64,000 nucleotides of DNA from an uncultured Gammaproteobacteria bacterium (GTDB taxonomy: Bacteria; Patescibacteriota; Patescibacteriia; UBA11705; JABHMO01). This document shows positions 43,126 through 53,466 of the stretch, piece after piece. Below the pieces are notes generated by a model that was not told the origin of the DNA, did not search any database, and saw nothing but the letters and a program-made list of their open reading frames with translations. Position 1 is the first letter of the stretch. Each line of letters opens with the position of its first letter. The translations under genes were made by a program, and so were the position numbers. The stretch is taken from NCBI GenBank assembly GCA_964486065.1, contig CAZAKN010000002.1, positions 93,452-157,451 on the forward strand, in the 5' to 3' direction.

Positions 43126-43352
43126 ATAATTCAAATTTTAAAAATTTTAAACAAATTGTGTGAAAATAATATCAGTAATTTTAAACTAAGTCAACAATTC
43201 ACGCTTGGTTTTGCACATATTCATTATTACTAAATTCAATATCAAATTGTGAATAATAAACTTGACAAAATCAAAAATCTTTGTTTAAATGATAATAGAA
43301 ACAGTGGTGAAAAGCCCTGCTTTTTTTTATGGCTTAAAACTGGAGGTGTATC

Positions 43353-43559
43353 ATGCCAACCGAATATAATGGAAAAAAAACCGAATGGAAAAGATGGAAA
43401 ATACTAGGAATCATCATTGAACTTTTTGCGGGCACGAACAAGCCGACAGGACGATACAAACCGCATTCAAACGCACCGATTATCTTGCAAGAAGATCCCC
43501 AACAACTTCTAAGACGCGCTCAAATGATGCGTCAAAACACCATGCCCCATGCGGCATAA
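43353..43559 (+). CDS. Small hypothetical protein
   Basis: GGAGGT SD; followed by the terminator AAAGTCCAAACT/AGTTTGGACTTT. Confidence 0.55.
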   Translation: MPTEYNGKKTEWKRWKILGIIIELFAGTNKPTGRYKPHSNAPIILQEDPQQLLRRAQMMRQNTMPHAA

Positions 43560-43722
43560 AATCGGTTGTAATCGCCTCCAAAGTCCAAACTGATTCAAGT
43601 TTGGACTTTTTTAATTATTAAAGTTATCCACTTGTTTTTCACACAAATATGTGCTATAAATAATGTATAAAGTGGTGAAAAAGCCAGCTTTTTTTATTGT
43701 TTGCAAAAAAACGGAGGGAACC

Positions 43723-43899
43723 ATGAGTATTTACGAAATTAACGGTAAATTTGTGCTTTTCTCTGACGAAGAAACACAAAAAATGCACAAGGATCATGCC
43801 ACAGCTGCACAAATACGACTTTGGTATATGCGTCAACGCAAACAATTTCGTGCTAAAAATAAAGGCTTCACACAGCCTCGCTTGGTCATTGCGGCTTGA
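43723..43899 (+). CDS. Small hypothetical protein
   Basis: GGAGG SD before ATG 43723; terminator at about 43921-43944. Confidence 0.55.
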   Translation: MSIYEINGKFVLFSDEETQKMHKDHATAAQIRLWYMRQRKQFRAKNKGFTQPRLVIAA

Positions 43900-44046
43900 T
43901 TTCAAGTCATCACAATTCACGCCTCTCATTCGGGAGGCTTTTTTATTGATTTTTTTTATAAAATAAGCTATTATTCTGCTAGTTATCGCTTATGATAAAA
44001 ATAATAAAACTAAATTTAAATAATTTTAATTTTCATTTAATACATT

Positions 44047-44307
44047 ATGTCAGTACCAAAACACAGAAAAACTCATTCCAAGACCAGAATGGGAAGATCT
44101 CATGAAGCTATCAAAACGCAAAAAGCCAATACCTGCGCCAATTGCGGAGCACCGGTTCCGGCTCACACAGCCTGTAAGGCTTGCGGACAATACAAAGGCA
44201 AAAAAGTTTTGTCCACTAAAGCTGATCTGATGCTCAAAAGAACTGAAAAGCGTAAAAAACAAGAAGCTAAAGAAAAAGAAAAAATGTCAAAATTGAAAAA
44301 TAAATAA
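44047..44307 (+). CDS. rpmF: 50S ribosomal protein L32 with a basic C-terminal extension
   Basis: MSVPKHR..RSH..CxxC..HTACxxCG.Y. Confidence 0.93.
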   Translation: MSVPKHRKTHSKTRMGRSHEAIKTQKANTCANCGAPVPAHTACKACGQYKGKKVLSTKADLMLKRTEKRKKQEAKEKEKMSKLKNK

Positions 44308-44324
44308 ATTTAATATTTAAATTT

Positions 44325-46331
44325 ATGAACTTTGCAATCATCTTCGCGCTTGTCGCCTCTTTGTTGGCGATTTTGTACGGCATCATCCAAACCAGAAGCA
44401 TCTTGTCCATGGACGCCGGCAATGAAAAAATGCGAGCAATCGCGGGCGCTATTCAACAAGGAGCTAAAGCTTATTTAAACCGCCAATACAAAACCATTGG
44501 CTTAATCGGTATTATTGTTTTCATTCTTCTTTTAATTATGGTGGAATGGAAAACCGCCATAGGGTTTCTACTTGGAGCTGTATTTTCCGGATTGGCTGGC
44601 TACATAGGCATGAATATTTCCGTTAGAGCCAATGTCCGTACCACTGAAGCCGCTCGCGGTGGAATAAAAAAAGCTATGGCCGTGGCGGTTAAAGGAGGAG
44701 CTATCACTGGATTTTTGGTTGTCGGTTTGGGTCTTTTGGGAGTTACTTTATATTATTATTTAACCAAGGATGTCCACGCGTTAATCGGCTTGGGCTTTGG
44801 TGGCAGTTTGATTTCCATTTTTGCAAGATTAGGCGGTGGAATTTTTACGAAAGCGGCTGATGTGGGTGCTGATTTGGTCGGAAAAGTGGAATCTGATATC
44901 CCAGAAGATGATCCTCGCAACCCTGCTGTTATCGCTGATAATGTGGGTGACAATGTTGGAGATTGTGCCGGTATGGCCGCCGACCTATTTGAAACTTACG
45001 CGGTTACCGCTGTGGCTGGAATGTTTTTGGGAGCGTTGACTTTTTCTTCTTTTGAAAATGCCGTTTTGTTCCCCTTGGTTTTGGGAGGAATTTCCATTAT
45101 TGCTTCCATTATCGCGACTTTTTTTATCAGACTTGGGAAAAAACAAAATATCATGGGAGCTTTATATAAAGGCTTGATTGCTGCCGGAGTAATCGCAGCG
45201 ATCTTGTTTTATCCCGCTACCAAATGGTTTATGGAAGGCAATGGAGAATATTCGGTTAATGCCATCTATTTGGCGGCTTTGGTCGGCTTAGTTGTAACCG
45301 GAGCCTTGATCTTCATTACCGAATACTATACTTCAACCGCTTATAAACCGGTTAAAGATATTGCCAAAGCATCGGAAACAGGACACGGAACAAACATTAT
45401 TACAGGCTTGGCTGTTTCCATGAAATCTACCGCTTGGCCGGTTATCGTAATTGCGGGCGGAATTCTAGCCTCATATTCTTTGGCAGATATCTACGGCGTA
45501 GCCATCGCCGCCATGAGCATGCTTTCAATGACTGGCATTATCGTGGCCATTGACGCTTACGGTCCGATTACGGATAATGCGGGCGGGATCGCGGAAATGG
45601 CTGAATTACCTGAAGAAGTCAGAAATGTTACCGATCCATTGGATGCGGTGGGAAACACAACAAAAGCTGTTACCAAGGGCTATGCTATCGGTTCAGCCGG
45701 CTTGGCAGCCATTGTGCTTTTCGCGGACTACACTCATGCTTTGGAAAAATTCGGACAATCATGGCAATTCTCTATCAATGATCCCAAAGTATTGATTGGT
45801 TTATTTATTGGAGGATTACTTCCTTATTACTTCGGAGCCTTATCCATGCAAGCCGTAGGGAAAAGCGCCGGCAAAGTCGTGGCTGAAGTTCGCCGTCAAT
45901 TCCGTGAAATCAAAGGAATTATGGACGGCACGGCAAAACCCGATTACGCGCGTTGTGTTGATATTGTTACCAAAGCCGCGATTAAACAAATGATTGTTCC
46001 GGCTTTAATTCCGGTTTTAGTTCCGATTATCATCGGGCTATTGCTGGGACCGACCGCACTTGGAGGTCTTCTGGTGGGAAGTATCGTAACCGGTCTGTTT
46101 GTGGCTATTTCCATGACTACCGGTGGCGGAGCTTGGGATAATGCCAAAAAATATATAGAAGACGGTCATCATGGTGGCAAAGGTAGCGAAGCTCACAAAG
46201 CCGCTGTTACCGGTGATACAGTTGGCGATCCTTATAAAGATACTGCCGGACCGGCTATCAATCCTATGATCAAAATTTTAAATATTGTAGCGCTATTGAT
46301 TATCGGCTTGGTCATGAAATTCTGGATTTAA
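44325..46331 (+). CDS. hppA: Membrane-bound pyrophosphatase (K+-independent H+-PPase type)
   Basis: [24 protein letters not shown] (Lys form), [10 protein letters not shown]. Confidence 0.95.
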   Translation: MNFAIIFALVASLLAILYGIIQTRSILSMDAGNEKMRAIAGAIQQGAKAYLNRQYKTIGLIGIIVFILLLIMVEWKTAIGFLLGAVFSGLAGYIGMNISVRANVRTTEAARGGIKKAMAVAVKGGAITGFLVVGLGLLGVTLYYYLTKDVHALIGLGFGGSLISIFARLGGGIFTKAADVGADLVGKVESDIPEDDPRNPAVIADNVGDNVGDCAGMAADLFETYAVTAVAGMFLGALTFSSFENAVLFPLVLGGISIIASIIATFFIRLGKKQNIMGALYKGLIAAGVIAAILFYPATKWFMEGNGEYSVNAIYLAALVGLVVTGALIFITEYYTSTAYKPVKDIAKASETGHGTNIITGLAVSMKSTAWPVIVIAGGILASYSLADIYGVAIAAMSMLSMTGIIVAIDAYGPITDNAGGIAEMAELPEEVRNVTDPLDAVGNTTKAVTKGYAIGSAGLAAIVLFADYTHALEKFGQSWQFSINDPKVLIGLFIGGLLPYYFGALSMQAVGKSAGKVVAEVRRQFREIKGIMDGTAKPDYARCVDIVTKAAIKQMIVPALIPVLVPIIIGLLLGPTALGGLLVGSIVTGLFVAISMTTGGGAWDNAKKYIEDGHHGGKGSEAHKAAVTGDTVGDPYKDTAGPAINPMIKILNIVALLIIGLVMKFWI

Positions 46332-46542
46332 TCATCAAAATACAAAAAACTCGGCATAAGCCGAGTTTTTTTGTTAAAAATACGAAAATTAGCATACTTC
46401 AACATGCTATGGATAACCTGTGGACAAATAATTATTTAATTTTAGTTAAATTTCACTTCCGTCGACAAAAAGGGTAAATTATGCTAAAATATAAGTATAA
46501 GTCAAAAAACCGGGGACCACGCAAAAACAAAAAGAGCCTACC

Positions 46543-46746
46543 ATGAATTTTCACTTGCCCTCACCAAAAGATGTTACCGAATGGGTTGAATGCGGAAAAA
46601 TGATCATCGGCTTTATTGCCGGAGAAGCCATGTTTTTCGCTAAACGAGAAAACATGAGAATTTTCAACTTTTTCAATCCAAGCATACCTCTCGGCTCACT
46701 CACCAAATCGGAAGGCGCTTATGCCTTCCTTTTTTGTTATAATTGA
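46543..46746 (+). CDS. Possible small protein
   Basis: Isolated 67-aa ORF with a promoter-like upstream; a terminator-like hairpin overlaps its 3' end. Confidence 0.3.
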   Translation: MNFHLPSPKDVTEWVECGKMIIGFIAGEAMFFAKRENMRIFNFFNPSIPLGSLTKSEGAYAFLFCYN

Positions 46747-46806
46747 CATTAAACACCGGCAATGATACTATTTTCAAAGTTTTACAAATAAATTTACACT
46801 ATTTTT

Positions 46807-48141
46807 ATGAAAGTTGACACCAAGGATTTAGGCAAAAAAACACTGGAAATGACTTTTGAAATAAACGAAGAAGAATTAAAACCTTTTCTGGAACAAACGG
46901 CTAAAAAAATCTCAGAACAACGAGAAATCAAAGGTTTTCGCAAAGGTCATGCCCCTTACAATATTGTCGTCAAAGAAGTCGGTGAAATGAGTATTTATCA
47001 AACTGCGGCCAATGATGCCATCGCCAAATATTATTATGAAAAAGTGGAAGCTGATGACCTGGAACCCGTAGAACAGCCGGCTATTACCGTAGAAAAGTTG
47101 GCTCCCGGCAATCCTTTTGTTTTTAAAGCAAAAGTCGCGCTTATGCCGAAAGTTGAAATCTGTGATTTAGTTAAAATTTCAGTTAAACCTTTACCTGAAA
47201 TTAAAGTAAATGATGAAAAATTAGAAAAAGTAATGCAAGATTTGCAAAAAATGCGTGCTCAAGATGAAGAAGTCAATGAACCAGCCGACAAAGGACACAA
47301 AGTACTTGTTGATTTTAAAGCTTTCATGGATAATGTTCCGCTGGAAGGTGGCCAAGCCAAAGATCATCAAATTATTTTGGGAGAAGGACAAATGATTCCC
47401 GGTTTTGAGGATAAATTAATTGGCATGAAAAAAGATGAAGAAAAAGAATTTGAACTGGTTTTTCCAAAAGAATATCATGCCAAACATTTGGCAGGCAAAA
47501 AAGCTTTGTTTAAAATCAAAATGAAAACCATAAATAAAGTTAAATTACCGGAAATAAATGATGAATTCGCCAAAACCTTGGGCTTACCTGATTTGCAAGC
47601 TTTAAAGAACAATATCAAAACCAATATTGAGCAAGAAGAAACCAATAAAGCCATGCAAAAACAAGAATTGGAAATCATTGAAAAAATGATTGATGCGACT
47701 AAATTTGAAGATCTGCCTGAAACTTTAATCAACAGAGAAGTTCACAAAATGATGCAAGAGTTAAAAGATAATCTTGCCAAACAAGGTATGAATTTTGATG
47801 ATTATTTAAAGCACTTGAAAAAAAGTGAGGCTGATCTGAAACTTGATTTTACTCCTGATGCCATCAAAAGAGTTAAAACCGGTTTAATGATTCGTGAAAT
47901 CGCGCAAAAAGAAAAAATTGAAGCAACCAATGAAGAAATTGAACAAGAAAAACAAAAAACTTTGGCCAGCTATAAACTTAATCCCGCTTATGAGGGGAAA
48001 ATTGATGAATTGGAAAAAAATCTTAATGGAGAGCAGGCTAAGCAATATTTCGGCAATCTAATCGCTAATCGTAAAACCATTTCTTGGATCAAAGATAAAG
48101 TCGTGGAAAAAAAAGATAAACCGAAAACAGAACAAAAATAA
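46807..48141 (+). CDS. tig: Trigger factor
   Basis: GFRKGHAP, FKBP domain (MIPGFE..FP..YHA). Confidence 0.95.
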   Translation: MKVDTKDLGKKTLEMTFEINEEELKPFLEQTAKKISEQREIKGFRKGHAPYNIVVKEVGEMSIYQTAANDAIAKYYYEKVEADDLEPVEQPAITVEKLAPGNPFVFKAKVALMPKVEICDLVKISVKPLPEIKVNDEKLEKVMQDLQKMRAQDEEVNEPADKGHKVLVDFKAFMDNVPLEGGQAKDHQIILGEGQMIPGFEDKLIGMKKDEEKEFELVFPKEYHAKHLAGKKALFKIKMKTINKVKLPEINDEFAKTLGLPDLQALKNNIKTNIEQEETNKAMQKQELEIIEKMIDATKFEDLPETLINREVHKMMQELKDNLAKQGMNFDDYLKHLKKSEADLKLDFTPDAIKRVKTGLMIREIAQKEKIEATNEEIEQEKQKTLASYKLNPAYEGKIDELEKNLNGEQAKQYFGNLIANRKTISWIKDKVVEKKDKPKTEQK

Positions 48142-48215
48142 GCAGATTAAAAAGTGGCGCTCCGGCGTCACTTTTGTTATACTTTAATAAACAATATATT
48201 ATTAATAACACCTAT

Positions 48216-49154
48216 ATGCAAAAGAGACTAAAATCAATTCCTAAAACAAATTTATTAAAAAAGAAAAGAATTATAATTACAGGTTGTGGCCTGAAACCGG
48301 CAAAACAAAATTTTAAAGATATCACATCTGGAGAAAATAGTCATGATTCGGTAAAAATAAACGGGAAAGAAATGAAGCTAAATATTGGCGCGGCGACTGC
48401 TTTTATTTTAGCTGCTAACGGTGCAACAGTTCATATGGTTTCTAGAACTGAAGAAAAATTAGCTGAACTAAAAAAACAAATTATTAAAATTTGCAAAGTA
48501 CCCGAAAAAAATATTGAGTATAGTGCGGTTGATTTATTTAACGAAGCAATGATAAAAAACTTTGTTAAAAAATTATCCAAAACGAAACCTATTGGTTGGG
48601 TACAAAGTATTGGCTTGGGTGCGGGAGCTTATAAATTAAAAAATGATAATCCCTATCTGCACATTGAAGAAATTCCAGCTGAACTTCTGGAAAAAGAAGC
48701 AACAATCGTTTTAAAAGGAACACATCTTTTAATGAAAGAATTAATTCCTGTTTTCAAAAAACAAAATAAGTTGTTTAAAACTGAGACAAAAATCGTAATT
48801 ATTAGCTCAATGTCCGCTGTCCGCGGTTATACTCACGGCGGAACGCATTGTGCGGCAAAAGGAGCTATCAGTCGCTATGCCAATTCTGCGATGCTTGATT
48901 TTTGGAAAGATAATATTTATGTAACCGATATAAGACCGGGTGCTGTTGATACAGGAATGTATGACAATAAAACCGTTCAAAATGCTATTCTGAAAGTAGA
49001 TAAAGAATATGGCAATTTTTGGAATAAAAGCGGAATTACTTTGGCTCCTCCAACTTCTGTGGGGAATATTATTAATACAATATTGACCATACCCGCGCAT
49101 GTAACTTCATTAAACCTTGTATCAAAAGGTCAATTTCCCAACGAAGGCTCTTAA
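48216..49154 (+). CDS. Atypical SDR-family oxidoreductase
   Basis: IIITG..(insert)..IGAATA..GATV..SR, SS, HCAAK, IRPGAVDT. Confidence 0.75.
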   Translation: MQKRLKSIPKTNLLKKKRIIITGCGLKPAKQNFKDITSGENSHDSVKINGKEMKLNIGAATAFILAANGATVHMVSRTEEKLAELKKQIIKICKVPEKNIEYSAVDLFNEAMIKNFVKKLSKTKPIGWVQSIGLGAGAYKLKNDNPYLHIEEIPAELLEKEATIVLKGTHLLMKELIPVFKKQNKLFKTETKIVIISSMSAVRGYTHGGTHCAAKGAISRYANSAMLDFWKDNIYVTDIRPGAVDTGMYDNKTVQNAILKVDKEYGNFWNKSGITLAPPTSVGNIINTILTIPAHVTSLNLVSKGQFPNEGS

Positions 49155-49169
49155 ATAAGTGGCAAACAT

Positions 49170-49679
49170 ATGAAAATAGCTTTTTGTTCCGATTCCCACG
49201 ACAATGTGCCGAACATAGATAAATTTTTATTATATTGTAAAAAAAACAAAGTTAATTTGATTATTCATTGCGGAGATTGGGCCGCGCCCAACATATTGAA
49301 ACATTTCAGAGAAAATTTTAATGGCGAAATTTATGGCGTGCTGGGAAATGTGCACGGTGAAACCGAAGAGATGTTAACCACCGCGGAGCGGAACCGAATC
49401 AATTTGTCGGAAGATGTGACTGAACTGGAAATTGACGGCATTAAATTTCAAGTGGTGCACTATCCGGATAAAGCGGAAAAATTGTGCCAAAAAGGTCAAG
49501 CCGACTTGGTTCTTTACGGACACGATCACAAGCCTTGGCTCAAAAAAAAGGAAAGTTGCTACATGACAAATCCGGGAACATTGGGCGGTTTATTCAATCG
49601 TGCCAGCTTCGGAATGTATGATACGCAAACCAAAAAAATTGATTTAATAATTTTAGACACATTAAAATATGATGCTTGA
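49170..49679 (+). CDS. YfcE-like metallophosphoesterase
   Basis: SDSH, HCGD, GN, GHDH, NPG. Confidence 0.88.
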   Translation: MKIAFCSDSHDNVPNIDKFLLYCKKNKVNLIIHCGDWAAPNILKHFRENFNGEIYGVLGNVHGETEEMLTTAERNRINLSEDVTELEIDGIKFQVVHYPDKAEKLCQKGQADLVLYGHDHKPWLKKKESCYMTNPGTLGGLFNRASFGMYDTQTKKIDLIILDTLKYDA

Positions 49680-50280
49680 TATTGATTCGTTTAATCCCGA
49701 ATACCCGAAAATTAAACAAGCCGGTGATGTTTTAAAAAACGGCGGAGTTATCATTTATCCGACGGATACGATTTACGGATTTGGCGCGGATATAAATAAT
49801 AAAGAAGCGATAGAAAAAGTTTATAAAATAAAAAAGAAAAAAGCGACGGGGTTCAGTTTTATTTGCTCGGATTTGAAGGAAATCGCCAAATACGCGATAG
49901 TAAGCGATCAAGCATACAGGATTATGAAAAGAGTTTTACCCGGCCCTTACACCTTTATTTTCAAAGCCAGCAAGCTAGTACCTAAACAAATAATCCCCGA
50001 CAAAAAAACCGTGGCTATTCGCATTCCGGACAATAAAATCTGCCATGATTTAATTTCTTATCTTGGTAATCCGATAATTTCCACCAGCGTGAATATCAAC
50101 GGATCGCCTCACTTTTCCGATCCTTTGGAAATGGAAAAACATTTTGGTAACCAAGTTGATCTGATCATTAATGCCGGCATTATTGAAAATGAGCCTTCCA
50201 CGGTAATTGATTTTTCTGAAGGAACTCCCCTGCTGGTCAGACAAGGCAAAGGTGAAGTTGATTTTTTAACTTTTGATTAA
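49669..50280 (+). CDS. Sua5/YciO/YrdC threonylcarbamoyl-AMP synthase family
   Basis: YPTDTIYG, PGPYTF, AIRIP, STS. Confidence 0.9.
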   Translation: MMLDIDSFNPEYPKIKQAGDVLKNGGVIIYPTDTIYGFGADINNKEAIEKVYKIKKKKATGFSFICSDLKEIAKYAIVSDQAYRIMKRVLPGPYTFIFKASKLVPKQIIPDKKTVAIRIPDNKICHDLISYLGNPIISTSVNINGSPHFSDPLEMEKHFGNQVDLIINAGIIENEPSTVIDFSEGTPLLVRQGKGEVDFLTFD

Positions 50281-50288
50281 AATATAAT

Positions 50289-51053
50289 ATGAAACCATTA
50301 TCTCTTGCGAAAAAAACCGCCAAACAAGCGGGACAAGAATTGAAACGCAAATTTTTAAATAGAAAATTTTCCATTCAAAACAAATCAAAACATGAAATAG
50401 TTACCGGTGCCGATAAATTGGCGGAAAAATTTATCATTAAAGAAATAAAAAGACATTTTCCGGATCATGCTATTCTGGCGGAAGAATCAGGCAGTGATCA
50501 TAAAAAAAATGATTATCTCTGGATCATTGATCCGCTAGACGGAACCACCAATTTTGTCATGCACAATCCCCTATTTTCAGTTTCCATTGCCTTGGCCTAT
50601 AAAAACGAAATTATTATGGGCGTAGTATATGTTCCCATGCTTGATGAAATGTATTATGCTGAAAAAAATAAACCCGCTTTTGTTAATAGTAAAAAATTAC
50701 AAGCTTCCAAAGTTAACAAAATTGAAAATGCATTTTTAACTTTTTGTCATGGCAGTAAAATTAGTAATATTAAGCGAGCCGTAAAACTGTATCCGAAATT
50801 AAAGCTTAAAGCTAAAGATTTTCGACAACTCGGTTCAGCCGCAATTGAATTATCTTATGTGGCCGCCGGTTATTCTGAAAGCATTATAATTCCGGGAGCC
50901 AATGCGTGGGATGTGGCGGCGGGAGCAATTATCATAAAACAAGCAGGTGGCGAAGTTGTTGATTTTCAGGGAAAAAACTGGAATCTTAAATCAAAAGACA
51001 TTTTGGCTACCAATGGTCAGCTTACCAACAGTCTTTTAAAATATGTCAAATAA
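50289..51053 (+). CDS. suhB: Inositol monophosphatase family
   Basis: AEES, WIIDPLDGTTNF, WDVAAG. Confidence 0.9.
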   Translation: MKPLSLAKKTAKQAGQELKRKFLNRKFSIQNKSKHEIVTGADKLAEKFIIKEIKRHFPDHAILAEESGSDHKKNDYLWIIDPLDGTTNFVMHNPLFSVSIALAYKNEIIMGVVYVPMLDEMYYAEKNKPAFVNSKKLQASKVNKIENAFLTFCHGSKISNIKRAVKLYPKLKLKAKDFRQLGSAAIELSYVAAGYSESIIIPGANAWDVAAGAIIIKQAGGEVVDFQGKNWNLKSKDILATNGQLTNSLLKYVK

Positions 51054-51279
51054 AAAAATAGTCAATATTCTTGTTATACCCAAAAGTTCCGAAAATAAAC
51101 TTATTTTAATATCGGAAAACATTTTCAAAGCCAAAGTCATCGCCTTACCGGAAAAAGGCAAAGCCAATCAGGCTGTCATTAAGCTACTTGCCAAATATTA
51201 TAAAGTTTCCTCCTCTAATATTACTTTAAAATCAGGGAAAAATTATAAGGAAAAACTGTTTGAAGTTATATTTCATTAA
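51043..51279 (+). CDS. DUF167/YggU family protein
   Basis: V.P..P.KGKAN..I.LLAK. Confidence 0.8.
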   Translation: MSNKKIVNILVIPKSSENKLILISENIFKAKVIALPEKGKANQAVIKLLAKYYKVSSSNITLKSGKNYKEKLFEVIFH

Positions 51280-51317
51280 ATTTAAACAAAATATAGCGTC
51301 GCACAATATTCAACAAA

Positions 51318-51333
51318 TGTTCCACGTGGAACA
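51318..51333. other. parS centromere site
   Basis: Perfect TGTTCCACGTGGAACA. Confidence 0.9.
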
Positions 51334-51605
51334 TTTGTTTTTTAATAAACAATAATCAAATTCCTTTATAAAAAAATAAAAAAAGGGATCCACGTTTTCG
51401 TGTCCCCTGCACCTAATCTAATGTATCACACCCCTTATCGCTTATTTTTAATTTGTCTGGTCAATATCAGCAATCAAATACTATATTATTACTATTTACA
51501 TGTTAATGTTTGCGTTTGACTAGGATAGTCTAGTCAAACACAATAGATATGCATATATATACTTAAGAACTATATATTACTATGCCCATTTAATCCATTG
51601 CCAAC

Positions 51606-51828
51606 AAAAAAAAGAAAGGTTCCGCGTCATTATTGAAATGCGGGGATGAGTAAATCACCAATCCCTGACTTAGTGCCCGAATAACAGACCGGCTGACCAA
51701 GGCTAAAGATTAGCGCTACGAGAACCGACTCATCGTAAAAATACAGTATCCTTGCATTCTTGCGATGAATTACTCTCCAATTACAGAAATTCACACACTT
51801 ACGAACATCACGCAAGCTGTGAAAAATT
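51606..51828 (-). ncRNA. Candidate multi-hairpin ncRNA downstream of the tRNA-Arg pair
   Basis: GC-richer island with hairpins 51790-51823 and 51728-51770 (G-U pairs on minus) and a terminal hairpin plus U-tract. Confidence 0.5.
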
Positions 51829-51933
51829 AATTCAGTGCTTTAATCTTTAAAATTAATAACTATTTAATATTTATACAATCGGTACTTTGAATAATTGTTG
51901 AAATAACAGTTTCCAAATTATCTCATTCATCAA

Positions 51934-52009
51934 TGGTATCCCCGGGCCGACTTGAACGGCCATTTACAGCTTAGGAGGCTGTTGTTCTATCCGGTTGAAC
52001 TACGGGGAC
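51934..52009 (-). tRNA. tRNA-Arg(CCT)
   Basis: GTCCCCGTAGTTCAACCGGATAGAAC..ACAGC-CT-CCT-AA-GCTGT..CCA. Confidence 0.96.
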
Positions 52010-52013
52010 ACAA

Positions 52014-52029
52014 TGTTCCACGTGGAACA
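52014..52029. other. parS centromere site
   Basis: Perfect TGTTCCACGTGGAACA. Confidence 0.9.
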
Positions 52030-52145
52030 TTTTTTGTGAAATTATTAACAATCAATACACTTTTATAATAAATATAAATAAATAAATGTGTCGTTAAATA
52101 TAGCAATTATCTCAAATCAAAAATAATAGGGGATTGCTCCACCTA

Positions 52146-52223
52146 TTATCTATACTTTACCCTTACATTTTTGCCACTGTTTTTACGATGTTTTTTGTTG
52201 GCGACTTTTTTTTTCTTGTTCAT
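52146..52223 (-). CDS. Candidate 25-aa basic peptide MNKKKKVANKKHRKNSGKNVRVKYR
   Basis: Manual translation; a terminator hairpin overlaps the stop codon. Confidence 0.4.
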   Translation of the reverse strand: MNKKKKVANKKHRKNSGKNVRVKYR

Positions 52224-52276
52224 GTTTTCATTATTATTACCAAATATGAAATGTTAATTATTTAACAACTCATATC

Positions 52277-52351
52277 TGGTACCCCCGGGTGGAATCGAAC
52301 CACCATATCCAGCTTAGAAGGCTGGTGTTCTATCCGTTGAACTACAGGGGC
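52277..52351 (-). tRNA. tRNA-Arg(TCT)
   Basis: GCCCCTGTAGTTCAACGGATAGAAC..CCAGC-CT-TCT-AA-GCTGG..CCA. Confidence 0.96.
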
Positions 52352-52401
52352 TAAATAAAAAAGAATATAGAAATAATAGCAAATTTAAAAATTTTTTCAA
52401 C

Positions 52402-53289
52402 TTATCCCAGTTGATTCGTATATTTTTTGGTGACATGAACCGATGAGTGTCCCAGCTCCATGCTCAATTGATCTAAATCCATGCCTTTTTCCAGTAAATT
52501 TGCAGCAAAACTATGCCTTAAAACATGAGGTGTAACTTTTTTTTTCAAATTTATTTTTTTGGCGTACTTAGTTACGATTCTTTCAATGCTTCTGGGACTT
52601 AATCCTTTTATTTTTTTTCCGCTCGATCTGGCGCGATCATGTCCAATAAACAAGTATTTACTATCATCATTTCTTTTATTCAAATATTTTTTCAAACAAT
52701 GTGTCATTTGATTATTCAATCGTATTTTTTTATGTCCGAATTTCTTTTTTTTAATTTTCAATTCCGCATTCTCAGAGCATAAATCACTCTTCAAAAGTGC
52801 TGAAATTTGCGACACGGTTAAACCCGCGAAAGTAAGTAATTGTAAAATAGCGTTATCTCTAGCGCAAAGAAGCCAGTCACATTCACATTCCACAGGAGCA
52901 TTCATAAGTTTTTGTAACTCTGCTTTATCCAAAACAGTAGCCTTAGCGACAGATAATTTATTTAATTTGACCAAATGGCTCTCCAATGCAGAAACATTAT
53001 TCATGGATAAATAACGCAAAAATGACCTAACCGCGATTAAATGATAATTTACCGTGCTGGCCTTTAATTTTTCCTTACGCACACTGTGCTCATATTGTTT
53101 CAACCACTCTTCATATTTACTCACGCAAGTTTGAGTAATCTTTCCCACATCCTCAATTTTTTTCTTGTTCAACCATCCGACAAATCTCTGTAAATACAAA
53201 TCATAATTTCTAACCGTTCTGGACGAACGACCTTTTAGATTTTCTTGATATTCAAGAAAATCTAAAACCAATTTATTGATTTTTTTCAT
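52402..53289 (-). CDS. XerC/D-like tyrosine recombinase (first catalytic Arg replaced)
   Basis: SAM-like N-domain, RDNAIL..GLTVSQ, TPHVLRHSFA, LGH..T..YT. Confidence 0.88.
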   Translation of the reverse strand: MKKINKLVLDFLEYQENLKGRSSRTVRNYDLYLQRFVGWLNKKKIEDVGKITQTCVSKYEEWLKQYEHSVRKEKLKASTVNYHLIAVRSFLRYLSMNNVSALESHLVKLNKLSVAKATVLDKAELQKLMNAPVECECDWLLCARDNAILQLLTFAGLTVSQISALLKSDLCSENAELKIKKKKFGHKKIRLNNQMTHCLKKYLNKRNDDSKYLFIGHDRARSSGKKIKGLSPRSIERIVTKYAKKINLKKKVTPHVLRHSFAANLLEKGMDLDQLSMELGHSSVHVTKKYTNQLG

Positions 53290-53401
53290 ATTTGATATTG
53301 TACGACACAATATGTTTCCGAGCAAATCCCGCGGTTGATAACCTTGCAAAATATTTTCAATCGTGTTATCTTATTAAAGCTTTAATTTAACCTTAATACG
53401 G

Positions 53402-53453
53402 TTCTGTGGTCGAGGAAATGAATATACATAGAATATTTATCCCGACTGTGGAA
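53402..53453 (+). promoter_or_regulatory. rpsO leader hairpin (putative S15 autoregulatory element)
   Basis: TTCTGTGGTCG/CGACTGTGGAA stem with G-U pairs just before rpsO. Confidence 0.55.
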
Positions 53454-53466
53454 TACGCGAAAATTT

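Noticed and set aside
51630-51815. 61-aa ORF as a real CDS
   Set aside because: No SD or family signal; coincides with the hairpin island
51934-53289. Prophage or island integrated at tRNA-Arg
   Set aside because: No tRNA 3'-end duplication or cargo genes; flanked by housekeeping rpsO-pnp
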